From positions 10,645-74,644 of the forward strand of contig CAYRNO010000001.1 in the NCBI GenBank assembly GCA_964425715.1: a stretch of DNA of 64,000 nt, read 5' to 3'. Under the pieces are notes generated by a model, which had not been told where the DNA came from, did not search any database, and saw nothing but the letters and a program-made list of their open reading frames with translations. The translations under genes and the position numbers were made by a program. Numbering within the stretch: the first letter of the stretch is position 1; every line of letters begins with the position of its first letter. This DNA is from an uncultured Candidatus Saccharibacteria bacterium. GTDB taxonomy: Bacteria; Patescibacteriota; Saccharimonadia; CAILAD01; BJGX01. Positions 28,503 through 38,063 of the stretch are shown here, in pieces.

Positions 28503-29931
28503 GAAAAACTTTTTTCTAGTAGCTTGTGTAATTTCTGCTTTGATATTGAGTGTTTATGTAGTCAGTATAAAACTAGGTGATTACATAAAAGATATTCAAT
28601 CTCAATCAGAAAAATTCAAAACCTATCAGAATATCTATAAAAGGTTAAGGGGATCTGGTAGTAAGCAAAATACCTTGTTGATATTAGCTAACAATGCGGA
28701 GTTAAGAACCGGTGGAGGATTCATAGGAACAGTAGGTATGATAGAGACAAATGAAGGGAAGGTTGAGACTAAGCCTCTAGTTGGTGTTTATTCGATAGAT
28801 TCAGGTATAGGATGTGATGATAAAAGATTTTTACAACCTAGTTATTTACAGAAATTATCACCTTGTCCGTCCTTGAGAGACAGCAGCAATGCACTTGATT
28901 TTACTAGCAATGCTAGGCAAGCATTGTATTACTATCAACAAAATACAAATATACCTGTAGATAATGTTGTGCAGATTACACCTAGAGCTTTAGAGCTATT
29001 GTTAGACAAAACTGGACCAGTATATCTAAAAGATTATGATATGACAGTTACAAAAGAAAATTTTCGTAATACGGTGCAACTTGAAGTAGAGAGAGGTATA
29101 GATAAGCAGCTCAAAAATGATCCCAAATCAGGTGTGCTAGGTTCGTTAGCTAATCAGATGATCTCTAAATTATTAGTAAAAGATGTATACCAGCTGAAGG
29201 ATTATATAGTAATTTTAGAGCAGTTAATAGATGAAAAACAGTTAACTATGTACAGTAAAGATGATAAAACCCAGGCTCTATTTCGAAGGGTAAATGCAGA
29301 TGGTAGCGTTAAAAGTACAGAAGGTAATTACTTCATGATGACAGAGTCTAATTATTCGGCAAACAAAAGCTCGCCTTATATCAAAAACAAGATTGATATG
29401 CACCAAACAATAGAGAAAGACGGTACTAGTATTATAGATGTTGAGATTAATTCAAGTCATATATCGGACTATAAATATTCATATATTGATCCAAATAATA
29501 ACGCTAAAACGTGGCTGATTGGAGAAAATAACAGTCGAATTACTCTAGTACTACCCAAAGACTCCCAAATACTCAATACTTCACTAAGTCCTGATGAATA
29601 CTCTACATCTGGTGATAATAAAACTATCATAGAATATGATAGATATCTAAAGCCCTTAACCCAGGTATCTGAAACAATTAGATACAGGATACCAACAAGC
29701 TATATATTAAGTAACAAACTTATTATAAATACTTTTATTCAAAAGCAACTGGGTGGTTGGAGCTACGATCTAAACTATTCACTTACCATACCAGATGAAA
29801 AATATAAGCTAGTTGCAGCCAATGTTGAATTAGTCACTAAAGAAACTTTAGCGCCACAGACTATTCATTACTCTGGATCGGTAGATTCGGATAAACTATT
29901 GAGTTTTATCTATGTTCACGAGAGCAATTAA
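28462..29931 (+). CDS. membrane-anchored extracytoplasmic protein (DUF4012-like)
   Basis: 489 aa; N-terminal TM anchor; ILANNAELRTGGGFIGTVG motif; sits in the polysaccharide locus. Confidence 0.4.
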   Translation: MRDMKRSTQDKSNKKNFFLVACVISALILSVYVVSIKLGDYIKDIQSQSEKFKTYQNIYKRLRGSGSKQNTLLILANNAELRTGGGFIGTVGMIETNEGKVETKPLVGVYSIDSGIGCDDKRFLQPSYLQKLSPCPSLRDSSNALDFTSNARQALYYYQQNTNIPVDNVVQITPRALELLLDKTGPVYLKDYDMTVTKENFRNTVQLEVERGIDKQLKNDPKSGVLGSLANQMISKLLVKDVYQLKDYIVILEQLIDEKQLTMYSKDDKTQALFRRVNADGSVKSTEGNYFMMTESNYSANKSSPYIKNKIDMHQTIEKDGTSIIDVEINSSHISDYKYSYIDPNNNAKTWLIGENNSRITLVLPKDSQILNTSLSPDEYSTSGDNKTIIEYDRYLKPLTQVSETIRYRIPTSYILSNKLIINTFIQKQLGGWSYDLNYSLTIPDEKYKLVAANVELVTKETLAPQTIHYSGSVDSDKLLSFIYVHESN

Positions 29932-29932
29932 T

Positions 29933-30274
29933 TTATTTTGATGCCTTAACAATAGCTTCGAATGCAACTGGATTGTTTACTGCTAATTCCGAAAGTATTT
30001 TACGATCAAGTTTAATATCTGCCTTTTTCATACCTTCTATGAATTTTGAATAAGTAGTGTCATTTAACCTTGCAGCTGCATTGATACGACTAACCCACAA
30101 TGAACGCATATCTCTTTTGATATTTCGTCTATCTCTATATTGATAGGCTAGAGCCTTTATGACGGCTTCGTGAGCTTTTCTGTAGCTAGCTCTACGAGTC
30201 TTACTATATCCTTTAGTAAGTTTGATGATTTTTTTATGTCGTTTGTGAGTTGTTACACCACGCTTTACTCTCAT
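29933..30274 (-). CDS. rplT: 50S ribosomal protein L20
   Basis: 113 aa; MRVKRGVTTHKRHKKIIKLTKGY... canonical bL20. Confidence 0.9.
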   Translation of the reverse strand: MRVKRGVTTHKRHKKIIKLTKGYSKTRRASYRKAHEAVIKALAYQYRDRRNIKRDMRSLWVSRINAAARLNDTTYSKFIEGMKKADIKLDRKILSELAVNNPVAFEAIVKASK

Positions 30275-30471
30275 TAGTTTGCTCCTACCATTTTCTTAGC
30301 ATTTTTGCTGTCACCCTTGGCCATCCCATGTTCAAGTGTATAATTTCGTTTTCTTGCGCTCGATTTGAGTGTTAGTTTGTGCGCTCTAGTCGCTTTTCTA
30401 CGCAAAACTTTTCCTGTACCGGATATCTTAATTCGTTTGCTCATAGTCTTACTTGTTTTTTGCTTTGGCAT
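30274..30471 (-). CDS. rpmI: 50S ribosomal protein L35
   Basis: 65 aa; MPKQKTSKTMSKRIKISGTGKV... canonical bL35. Confidence 0.85.
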   Translation of the reverse strand: MPKQKTSKTMSKRIKISGTGKVLRRKATRAHKLTLKSSARKRNYTLEHGMAKGDSKNAKKMVGAN

Positions 30472-30480
30472 AATATTTTT

Positions 30481-31023
30481 TTATTCCTTGATGGGAGTTT
30501 TAATAATTATCTCTTTCTTGAGGCTAGCTAGAGTAGACATGTCTCTACCAGTCATTGAAGTATCACCTTCTAGGGTGGCAATATCACTTAGTCCCTCAAA
30601 GAAATTTTCAAGCACTTTCTTACCAAGTTCTTGGTGGGCCATTTCTCTGCCCTTGAATCTTACTGTGATTTTGACCTTATTGCCATTTTCCAAGAATTTC
30701 CTTGCGGCTCGTCTTTTGACTTCAATATCGTGTGTACCTATCTTGAGTCCCATGCGAATTTGCTTGATCTCAACACTTTTCTGCTTTTTTCGACTTTTCT
30801 GTCTCTGCTTTTCTTGTTCGTATTGGTATTTACCCCAATCTAACAACTTACAAACAGGGGGATTTGCCGATGGAGATACTTCTGCTAGGTCATAACCTTC
30901 TTGCTGTGCAATCTTGAGAGCTTCCGCTAGTGTCACAATACCCAGTTGTTGACCTTCAGCCCCCAATAATCGAATTGAGGTAGCCCTAATTTCATGATTT
31001 AGACGTAGTCGCGGTTTTTTTAT
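30481..31023 (-). CDS. infC: translation initiation factor IF-3, probable non-AUG (AUA) start
   Basis: IF3 N- and C-domains (GEQLGIV..., KVKITVRFKGREMAHQELG); the reported ORF starts at a TTG at 30966, but the upstream in-frame extension encodes conserved ...NHEIRATSIRL and begins at ATA (31021-31023), 5 nt after AAGGAG, right after an in-frame TAA. Confidence 0.8.
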   Translation of the reverse strand: MKKPRLRLNHEIRATSIRLLGAEGQQLGIVTLAEALKIAQQEGYDLAEVSPSANPPVCKLLDWGKYQYEQEKQRQKSRKKQKSVEIKQIRMGLKIGTHDIEVKRRAARKFLENGNKVKITVRFKGREMAHQELGKKVLENFFEGLSDIATLEGDTSMTGRDMSTLASLKKEIIIKTPIKE

Positions 31024-31064
31024 ATTATCTCCTTAAAGCTCCAGACAATATTAACATGACATCA

Positions 31065-31874
31065 TCAGGAAATCAAGCCTGGAGACATGATGGAATGTAT
31101 TTCTTGTCCTCTTTTTACTACTACTCGAATTATTTTCTTATTAAATCCAACGCGAATAGGATTTTTGATGATTTTACCATTTCTATCACTCATGCTCTGG
31201 CTAGATTCGGATATCAGATTTTGAGCAGGCAATCTTAGTTGGAGTATATCGTGTGAGTCGTTTGATATCCCATTAAGTCCTGGAATATTGAGTATATTTG
31301 TAGACTGTTTATGCTTTAGGTTCTTATTGTATATTTCTATCAAAAGCGCAGTATTATGGGGAGTGACTTCTTGGTTGCGATTATGAATAATAATCTTGTA
31401 TGTATCCATCTTTATTTCTAAAGATTTGTCTATTTTTATTATACTTTTTACCGGCTCATTTGACTTATTGTGTTCTGTCTCAAGAATATAATCAAAAAGA
31501 AAATAATGCTGATTAACAGATAAAGCAGTGAGTTCTATGATCTTGCGTTGTGCTACAATTGAAAAACCTTCTTTATAGTCTTTTATGCCAAGCCTTTTCG
31601 ATAGAATATTTCTGGATGTTGGTATATATGAAAAAACTACATCTGATCGTAGTAACCTCGATTCTGCAATTAGTGCTTCGAAATACTCAGGGCTTCCAAT
31701 CGCCACAACAGTACTGAATTTTTCGCCATTTTCCTTTAATATCGTAGTAATATCTTCAACAGTTGATAGTTGATACTCTTGAGTTTGTAGTGAATTTTTT
31801 TGTTTCCAGTTAGATAAGTACTCCAAAAGACTTTTTGAGTCAGTGGCGCTTGTGTCTATAAACAATCCGTACAT
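31065..31874 (-). CDS. hypothetical protein, possibly degenerate DAG-kinase/NAD-kinase-like fold
   Basis: 269 aa; VVAIGSPEYF...IPTSRNILSKRLGI loosely resembles the DAGK_cat GGDGT...P.GT.N region with the glycine motif lost. Confidence 0.25.
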   Translation of the reverse strand: MYGLFIDTSATDSKSLLEYLSNWKQKNSLQTQEYQLSTVEDITTILKENGEKFSTVVAIGSPEYFEALIAESRLLRSDVVFSYIPTSRNILSKRLGIKDYKEGFSIVAQRKIIELTALSVNQHYFLFDYILETEHNKSNEPVKSIIKIDKSLEIKMDTYKIIIHNRNQEVTPHNTALLIEIYNKNLKHKQSTNILNIPGLNGISNDSHDILQLRLPAQNLISESSQSMSDRNGKIIKNPIRVGFNKKIIRVVVKRGQEIHSIMSPGLIS

Positions 31875-32243
31875 CTAATTTCTCTCCATTTTAATCTTGG
31901 CATTCACAATAGCACCCTTATCAATGATTAGATTAGGGGCATGTAGGTTGCCATTAGCGGTAGAACAGCTAGTTAGATGCAATTCATCGGATACAATTGC
32001 ATTACCGCTATAAGTTCCCTCAATAATAGCAGTACGGGCCTTGATGTCTGCATTGATCTTGGAATTTTTGGCCAATTCTATTAGTCCCGATGTATCAATA
32101 GATCCTATGAATTTACCATCGATATAGATATCCTGATCAGTCTTGCAATCTCCTTTGACTTCAACATCAGGGCCGATATAATATTCAGCAAAATTATTAA
32201 ATGGCAGTTCGGTTCTATTTCTATTGATGAATTTAAATATCAT
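31875..32243 (-). CDS. bactofilin-like protein (beta-helical cytoskeletal polymer family)
   Basis: Repetitive beta-helix pattern (GKFIGSIDTSGLIELAKNSKINADIKARTAIIEGTYSGNAIV...LIIDKGAIVNAKI); start taken at the Met at 32243 to avoid overlap. Confidence 0.45.
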   Translation of the reverse strand: MIFKFINRNRTELPFNNFAEYYIGPDVEVKGDCKTDQDIYIDGKFIGSIDTSGLIELAKNSKINADIKARTAIIEGTYSGNAIVSDELHLTSCSTANGNLHAPNLIIDKGAIVNAKIKMERN

Positions 32244-32244
32244 A

Positions 32245-32718
32245 TTACTTTTTGGATTGCTTTTTTTTACTGTTGAGAGCTTTTTGAAGTGAAATAGTCT
32301 CTTCATCTGATAGATTGTACTTGCTCAAACCGTTACTTATCTCTTTGGCATATATTCTAGTAGAAGTGCGTGCATGAACGCTTGAAACTATCACTCCATT
32401 ATTATGATTGTCTAACAATGTTAGTACAAAACTTTGATCTCCACCAGTATCGCCAAAGGGATTGAATCTAATCAGCGATTGTTTGGATATGGAAAATTGA
32501 GCCTGTGTGTGCATCTTAGCCACAAATTCAGCTAGTTCATCTATCTTATGCAGAGCATCATCTACATCTTTTGAATAATTTTTAATAAGTTGTTCGATTT
32601 GCTTTGATTCTGCTCCTTGCAAAAACTGGCCGTAACTTTTTTGTAGCTGAAAAAATTTCCAGAGTGTAAATCCAAAAGCAATTAAAGTCACGACGAATAG
32701 TATAATTATAATAATCAT
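32245..32718 (-). CDS. single-pass membrane protein (hypothetical)
   Basis: 157 aa; N-terminal TM helix, coiled-coil-like middle, K-rich C-terminus. Confidence 0.4.
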   Translation of the reverse strand: MIIIIILFVVTLIAFGFTLWKFFQLQKSYGQFLQGAESKQIEQLIKNYSKDVDDALHKIDELAEFVAKMHTQAQFSISKQSLIRFNPFGDTGGDQSFVLTLLDNHNNGVIVSSVHARTSTRIYAKEISNGLSKYNLSDEETISLQKALNSKKKQSKK

Positions 32719-32803
32719 AATAGTTACTTGTATTTATTATAGCCATCCAAGGTGATAATTAGCAAATAATTGATAAACTGTTAAAATAAAAAAGAGGTAA
32801 AAA

Positions 32804-33118
32804 ATGGCAAAGAAAAAGAAGCATAGAAAAACACGTAAGCAGAAAATCGCTCGAGCAAACCTTAATAAGGCCCAATCTGTAGATACTTCAGAGACAGGAA
32901 GTAGTATATCTTCAGTTGAATCTGAAAGTAAAAGAGTACTAGCAGAAGAATCAAACATAAATCCAGATAAAGAATTCGATTCTGTGTATTATGTTAAAAA
33001 AGATGTGAAAAGTTCACTAATCTTGGCCGGGATAATCATAGGCGTATTTGGTGTGATATATATATTACTATCTCAATCTTCTATTGGTGACCAGGTTTAC
33101 TCAATTATAAAACTGTAG
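32804..33118 (+). CDS. small tail-anchored membrane protein (hypothetical)
   Basis: 104 aa; basic N-terminus, C-terminal TM helix. Confidence 0.35.
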   Translation: MAKKKKHRKTRKQKIARANLNKAQSVDTSETGSSISSVESESKRVLAEESNINPDKEFDSVYYVKKDVKSSLILAGIIIGVFGVIYILLSQSSIGDQVYSIIKL

Positions 33119-34619
33119 TTCTTGCAACTCTATACTGAAGAGCCTCAGTAAAGTGCTTGCTCAGTATATCTGGACTATTGTCTAGGTCAGCTATTGTTCT
33201 AGATACTTTTAGCACTCTCATATATGATCTGGCACTAAGGTTCATCCTATCGATAGCAGTTTTTGCAAGATCTTCTAGCTCTTTATTGAGTTTACAAAAG
33301 CGATGGATATTTTTATTGGTCATTTCATTATTGGTAGATATATCTAAACCATAGAATCGTCTGCTTTGGATGTCTCTAGCATTTTTAATTCTCTGGTGTA
33401 CCTGGTGTGATTTTTCTTCCATTTTATTTTGGATCAAATCATTCGTATCGATTTTATCTACATTTACAATAATATCGATTCTATCGAGTAAAGGACCTGA
33501 AATACGAGTTTTGTATCTGGTAAGTTGGGTGACAGTGCAGCTACAGGTGTTTGTATTGTCGCCAAAATAACCACATGGACATGGGTTTTGAGCTGCTACC
33601 ATCAGAAATTTAGCAGGGAATTGATAGGTAGCTGAGGCTCGACTCACCGTAACTATACCATCCTCCATAGGCTGCCTAAGTACTTCTAAAACACTTCTTT
33701 TAAATTCAGGTAACTCATCCAAGAATAAAACACCTCGATGAGCCAAGCTTATTTCTCCAGGTTTTGGCCATTGACCACCGCCAATTAGAGATATATCACT
33801 AGCAGTGTGATGAGGAGTCCTAAATGGTCTATTTGTTGCTATAGAATCTTTATCTACTCCGACCATGCTATGTACTCTTGTAATCTCAAGCATTTCTGAA
33901 TAACTCGGTTTTGGTAGTAATCCTACAAGTGCTTTAGCCAACATTGTCTTGCCTGAGCCTGGTGGTCCAGATAGCAATATGTTATGATTGCCGGCTGCGG
34001 ATATTTCTATGGCTCGTTTTGCCTGGTATTGTCCATATATTTCAGACAAATCAACTTCTGAACCGGTCGTTTTTCCTACCAGCTTGGTAACGGGCAATGG
34101 AAAAATCGACTTTTCACCAATTAGATGTTGATAAAGTTCAAATAAATTTTTTACAGGGTAAACCTCAATCCCTTCTATTGCTGCGGCTTGTTTGGCCACA
34201 CTACTAGATATATAGAGTTTTTTCAGGCCCATTTGGCTTGCTATTTGAGCAGTAGACAAGGCTCCACTTACTGGTCTTGTAGTACCGTCTAATGCAAGTT
34301 CACCAAAGAATATACAGTCTCTAGAAATATGTTCAACCTGACCACTTGCTACCAATAGACTAACTGCCATTGCTAGGTCAAAACTAGAACCAATTTTCGG
34401 TAAATCTGCCGGTGCCAGATTGAGAGTGATACGACGAGGAGGAAGCATGAGGTGAGAGTTTTTTAGGGCTCCACGCACTCTTTCTTTTGCTTCATCTACA
34501 GCCTTATTTGCCATACCAACGATAATAAAAGCAGGTAGACCATTGTGCATATCTGCCTCAACATCTACCATTTGTCCGTCAAGACCAGTATGACTTATTG
34601 TTTGTACGCTTGATAACAT
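33105..34619 (-). CDS. comM: YifB/ComM family Mg-chelatase-like AAA+ ATPase
   Basis: 504 aa; Lon-like N-terminal domain, Walker A LSGPPGSGKT, MCM/ChlI-type C-terminal region. Confidence 0.85.
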   Translation of the reverse strand: MLSSVQTISHTGLDGQMVDVEADMHNGLPAFIIVGMANKAVDEAKERVRGALKNSHLMLPPRRITLNLAPADLPKIGSSFDLAMAVSLLVASGQVEHISRDCIFFGELALDGTTRPVSGALSTAQIASQMGLKKLYISSSVAKQAAAIEGIEVYPVKNLFELYQHLIGEKSIFPLPVTKLVGKTTGSEVDLSEIYGQYQAKRAIEISAAGNHNILLSGPPGSGKTMLAKALVGLLPKPSYSEMLEITRVHSMVGVDKDSIATNRPFRTPHHTASDISLIGGGQWPKPGEISLAHRGVLFLDELPEFKRSVLEVLRQPMEDGIVTVSRASATYQFPAKFLMVAAQNPCPCGYFGDNTNTCSCTVTQLTRYKTRISGPLLDRIDIIVNVDKIDTNDLIQNKMEEKSHQVHQRIKNARDIQSRRFYGLDISTNNEMTNKNIHRFCKLNKELEDLAKTAIDRMNLSARSYMRVLKVSRTIADLDNSPDILSKHFTEALQYRVARTTVL

Positions 34620-34688
34620 TTACCCCCCTTTTTTTTTAATAATCATATATTAAACGAATAAAAAGCGAAAAACAAGCATCCAATCAAA

Positions 34689-35741
34689 TTATTTTTTATA
34701 CCATTTTGCAGCTGATTCGGGTGGTACGGTATTTATAACTACACCAGTTGCTAATTCGAATCCTCCCCATATATTGGATCTGCCACAAATTTTTATACAG
34801 AACCTATGATTTGAGTTGACCCCATTTTCTAGATATATATTGAAGCTTATCTTATGATTATTGAGTTTTCTTAAATACTGCTTCAAATATTTTGCAATAT
34901 TTTTTAGCTGTTTATTGTTTAGTTCTGTAGATTTAGTTAATTGTTTTTTAGGCATGATCCAAAGCTCAAAAGGCCACTTACTTGCATATGGACAAAATAC
35001 TAAGAAATCATCGTCTTCGCAGACTATTCTTTTTTTTGCTTGTTTTTCGTATTTTATAATGTCATCAAATGGATTTCGGTTGTTATTTTTTATGTACTGA
35101 TCGATGAGTTCAGATTCACGCATGAATTTCTGTGGTATTACTGGAAGTGCAAATATCTGACTATGAGCATGCGCAAGACTTGCTCCTGCCTCATAACCAT
35201 CGTTTCTAAATACCAATACATACTCAATTCCATTTTGCTCAAGCAATTTTTTTGTGCGTTCTTGATATACTTTCAGTACATTGGTAATCTGATCAATCGA
35301 AAGGTGGGAGAGGGGGGTAGACGCAAGAGGGGTATCTATAACAATCTCTTGCTTTCCATATGATTGCGGGTTATCTGAGGTAAGGCTTGGAAATTTGTTC
35401 TCAACAACTTTTACTAACCAATCTCCATTTTCGTCTTTGAGCTGACTGATCTCTACATTTCGATCAAGTCTTGGGCTACTGGCTGTTTCTAGCAATATGT
35501 GGCCAGTGTCTCTTGTGTCATAGGGTCTTTTACCTCGATTAGGGGCTATAATCACAAGATTGTCATAGAGATAATCACGTCGCATCTCAGTTTCTATGCC
35601 ATGTGTATCTAGCTCTATGCCCTTATGTTGAGGAGAAATATGTGGTTCATGAGCTATGTTTTGTTGATTATTTTTGCTTTGTTGTTCTCTATCAACACTT
35701 AGCTTCAAACGCCTAGATGGGGGTAATTTTTTAGACTGCAT
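34689..35741 (-). CDS. galactose-1-phosphate uridylyltransferase-like (HIT superfamily, GalT branch)
   Basis: 350 aa; HAHSQ (HxHxQ) active-site motif. Confidence 0.5.
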   Translation of the reverse strand: MQSKKLPPSRRLKLSVDREQQSKNNQQNIAHEPHISPQHKGIELDTHGIETEMRRDYLYDNLVIIAPNRGKRPYDTRDTGHILLETASSPRLDRNVEISQLKDENGDWLVKVVENKFPSLTSDNPQSYGKQEIVIDTPLASTPLSHLSIDQITNVLKVYQERTKKLLEQNGIEYVLVFRNDGYEAGASLAHAHSQIFALPVIPQKFMRESELIDQYIKNNNRNPFDDIIKYEKQAKKRIVCEDDDFLVFCPYASKWPFELWIMPKKQLTKSTELNNKQLKNIAKYLKQYLRKLNNHKISFNIYLENGVNSNHRFCIKICGRSNIWGGFELATGVVINTVPPESAAKWYKK

Positions 35742-35791
35742 ATATACCTCTTATGGTATCATATTGCTAGTTCTATTCAAAAAAGAGATAA

Positions 35792-36910
35792 TTGAGCTAT
35801 ATGAATAAACCAAAAACAATTTTAGTACTTTCTGCAAAGACCGGAGGGGGGCATCGAGCAGCAGCTCTGGCGACAATTAGTAGTCTCAATGCATTACCTG
35901 GCAAGTACAATATAATCCATCATGACATATTCGAGAATGCTCCACGACCTATCAATAGTATGCCAAAATTTTACTCCAAAATTACAAATGTAAAATCAGC
36001 CTGGGGTGCAATATACAAACTTACAGAGGGGAATCGACAATCTCAACTTACAATTAAAACTGGTGCAAGGCTTTATAAGAAAAATATATATAAGATTCTA
36101 AATGACTATCAACCAGATGTGATACTATCTTTTCATTTTGCAGCAAATGTTTTTCTACAGGAAGCTCAAGCGATGGACAGGCATATACCATTTATTACTG
36201 TAGTTACCGACCTCGCTACTTGTCATCCGATGTGGTTTGATAAGCGCAACGATGTGATCGTTGTGCCTTCTAATGATAGCTATACAAGTGCAAGAAAATA
36301 CGGAATAGCATCTTCAAAAATAAAGATCATTGGTTTGCCAGTTGCAAAAGATTTTTCAAATCACACGAATAAGATGAAAATGAAAAAGTTACTAGATTGG
36401 CCTACAGATATACCTACGATTCTCATAATGGCAGGAGGTGATGGCATGGGCAAAATAGCATCTTTGTGTAGAAAAATCGACAAGACAAAGCTTAATGTTC
36501 ATCTTGCTATAGTCGCAGGTAGAAATGAGAGTCTTTTCCAATCTCTAACACAGCGTAATTTCAAGAATCCAGTTACTATTTATAGATTTTGTGATGATAT
36601 ACCCACTATGATGCATGCATCAGACGTTTTACTCACAAAGGCCGGTCCAGGTACAATAACAGAATCTATTGTAAGTAATCTGCCTATAGTGCTTTATGAT
36701 TTTCTTCCTGGTCAAGAAGAAGGCAATATATTATATGTGGTAGAGAGTGGAGCGGGTGTTTGGGCTTCAACAAACTCCTTAGCTCTAAGGGCTACAGAAG
36801 ATATATTAGACGGTACAATAGAATTTGGTGGAGCTAAATATGAATCTGTACGAAAACAGCATGTTGATGCAGCTGATAAAATATCAAAATTAGTTATTAG
36901 TTATTTATAG
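35792..36910 (+). CDS. GT28-family glycosyltransferase (MGDG-synthase/UgtP-like diacylglycerol glycosyltransferase)
   Basis: 372 aa; N-terminal ILVLSAKTGGGHRAAALA (MGDG_synth GGGH motif); GT-B C-terminal half. Confidence 0.6.
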   Translation: MSYMNKPKTILVLSAKTGGGHRAAALATISSLNALPGKYNIIHHDIFENAPRPINSMPKFYSKITNVKSAWGAIYKLTEGNRQSQLTIKTGARLYKKNIYKILNDYQPDVILSFHFAANVFLQEAQAMDRHIPFITVVTDLATCHPMWFDKRNDVIVVPSNDSYTSARKYGIASSKIKIIGLPVAKDFSNHTNKMKMKKLLDWPTDIPTILIMAGGDGMGKIASLCRKIDKTKLNVHLAIVAGRNESLFQSLTQRNFKNPVTIYRFCDDIPTMMHASDVLLTKAGPGTITESIVSNLPIVLYDFLPGQEEGNILYVVESGAGVWASTNSLALRATEDILDGTIEFGGAKYESVRKQHVDAADKISKLVISYL

Positions 36911-36927
36911 ATTACAATTCAATAATT

Positions 36928-38028
36928 TTAGATAAGGCTCAATAAGAATTTTGATATATCATTGAGGGAACCAGTTTCGGTATATTTATTTAGATTTGTA
37001 GTATATATATTGTAGTGAGTGAGTATATCTGTAATTGCACCAGCTATTTGACTGGGTTCAAGAGCTACAATCCCAAGTCTATTATCTGATATATAAGCTG
37101 CATTACCGTTTTCTTGTCCTGGTATGATCTTGCTAACTACAACGGGTTTTTTCGCTACAATGCATTCCATAATACTTGATCCACCTGCTTTCGTGATAAC
37201 AATATCACTTGCTTTGACAAAGTCAGCCAAGCTACTTGTCCAACTGATAAGCATTGTATCGTTATGTTGTCTTGATTTGAGTTTTTTAAATAATTTATCA
37301 TCTTTGCCTGTAATAGTAATTATTTGAGAATCTATTGCCAATCGATTTATTTCGTTTAAAGTATCCTGGACGAATGATGGTTTCAAGCCGGATGCTAAAA
37401 AAAGGATGGTTTTTTGATTATTAGCTATGCCTAGCTGATTAAGTATTTGCTGACTCTTGCCATGATCGTAAAATGCGCTTTTTACGGGGTAACCCAATAC
37501 TTTAATCTTTATATTTGCAACACCCATAGCATGTAGAGATATTCTTGTCTCTTTGTTGGATACCAAGAAATAGTCTGGTTCTCCTATGATCCACGACGAA
37601 TGTATAGTAACAATATCGGTAACTACTGAGACCATGGGTGTCTTCTTAAACTCTTCTTGTCTTGCTAAGGATGCTATGTATTGCCAATGAGGAGAATTGC
37701 AGATAATCAGATCCGGAGATTTATTTCTAAAAAAGTTTAAAATTTTATCTCTACTAAAAATATAGTTGAGCTCATTGATAGCTTTTGAGGCTATTTCGGT
37801 GTCTGTCAATTCAAAGAAGAGTTTATACAGATAAGGTACGTATTTAGCTGCATCTATGTACATACGTTTTGTGGCTTTGTTTAGAAACTCACTGATTATA
37901 TCTGTAAAATCAACAATATCTACTTCTACTTTTTTGGTATTAACAAGCAATATTCCTTCACGTATTGCTTCTGCTGTAGACATATGGCCATGCCCATAGG
38001 AGGTTGTTAGAATTAATACTTTTTTCAT
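36928..38028 (-). CDS. GT28-family glycosyltransferase paralog (MGDG-synthase/UgtP-like)
   Basis: 366 aa; N-terminal VLILTTSYGHGHMSTAEAI; convergent with the paralog at 35792. Confidence 0.6.
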   Translation of the reverse strand: MKKVLILTTSYGHGHMSTAEAIREGILLVNTKKVEVDIVDFTDIISEFLNKATKRMYIDAAKYVPYLYKLFFELTDTEIASKAINELNYIFSRDKILNFFRNKSPDLIICNSPHWQYIASLARQEEFKKTPMVSVVTDIVTIHSSWIIGEPDYFLVSNKETRISLHAMGVANIKIKVLGYPVKSAFYDHGKSQQILNQLGIANNQKTILFLASGLKPSFVQDTLNEINRLAIDSQIITITGKDDKLFKKLKSRQHNDTMLISWTSSLADFVKASDIVITKAGGSSIMECIVAKKPVVVSKIIPGQENGNAAYISDNRLGIVALEPSQIAGAITDILTHYNIYTTNLNKYTETGSLNDISKFLLSLI

Positions 38029-38063
38029 TACATGTAGTATAGCAAATACGCTATAATTGCCCT

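Noticed and set aside
30365-30895. 176-aa plus-strand ORF (and nested 30631-30843)
   Set aside because: It is antisense to rpmI/infC, which have unambiguous ribosomal and IF3 sequence identity; the hydrophobic low-complexity translation is typical of a shadow ORF.
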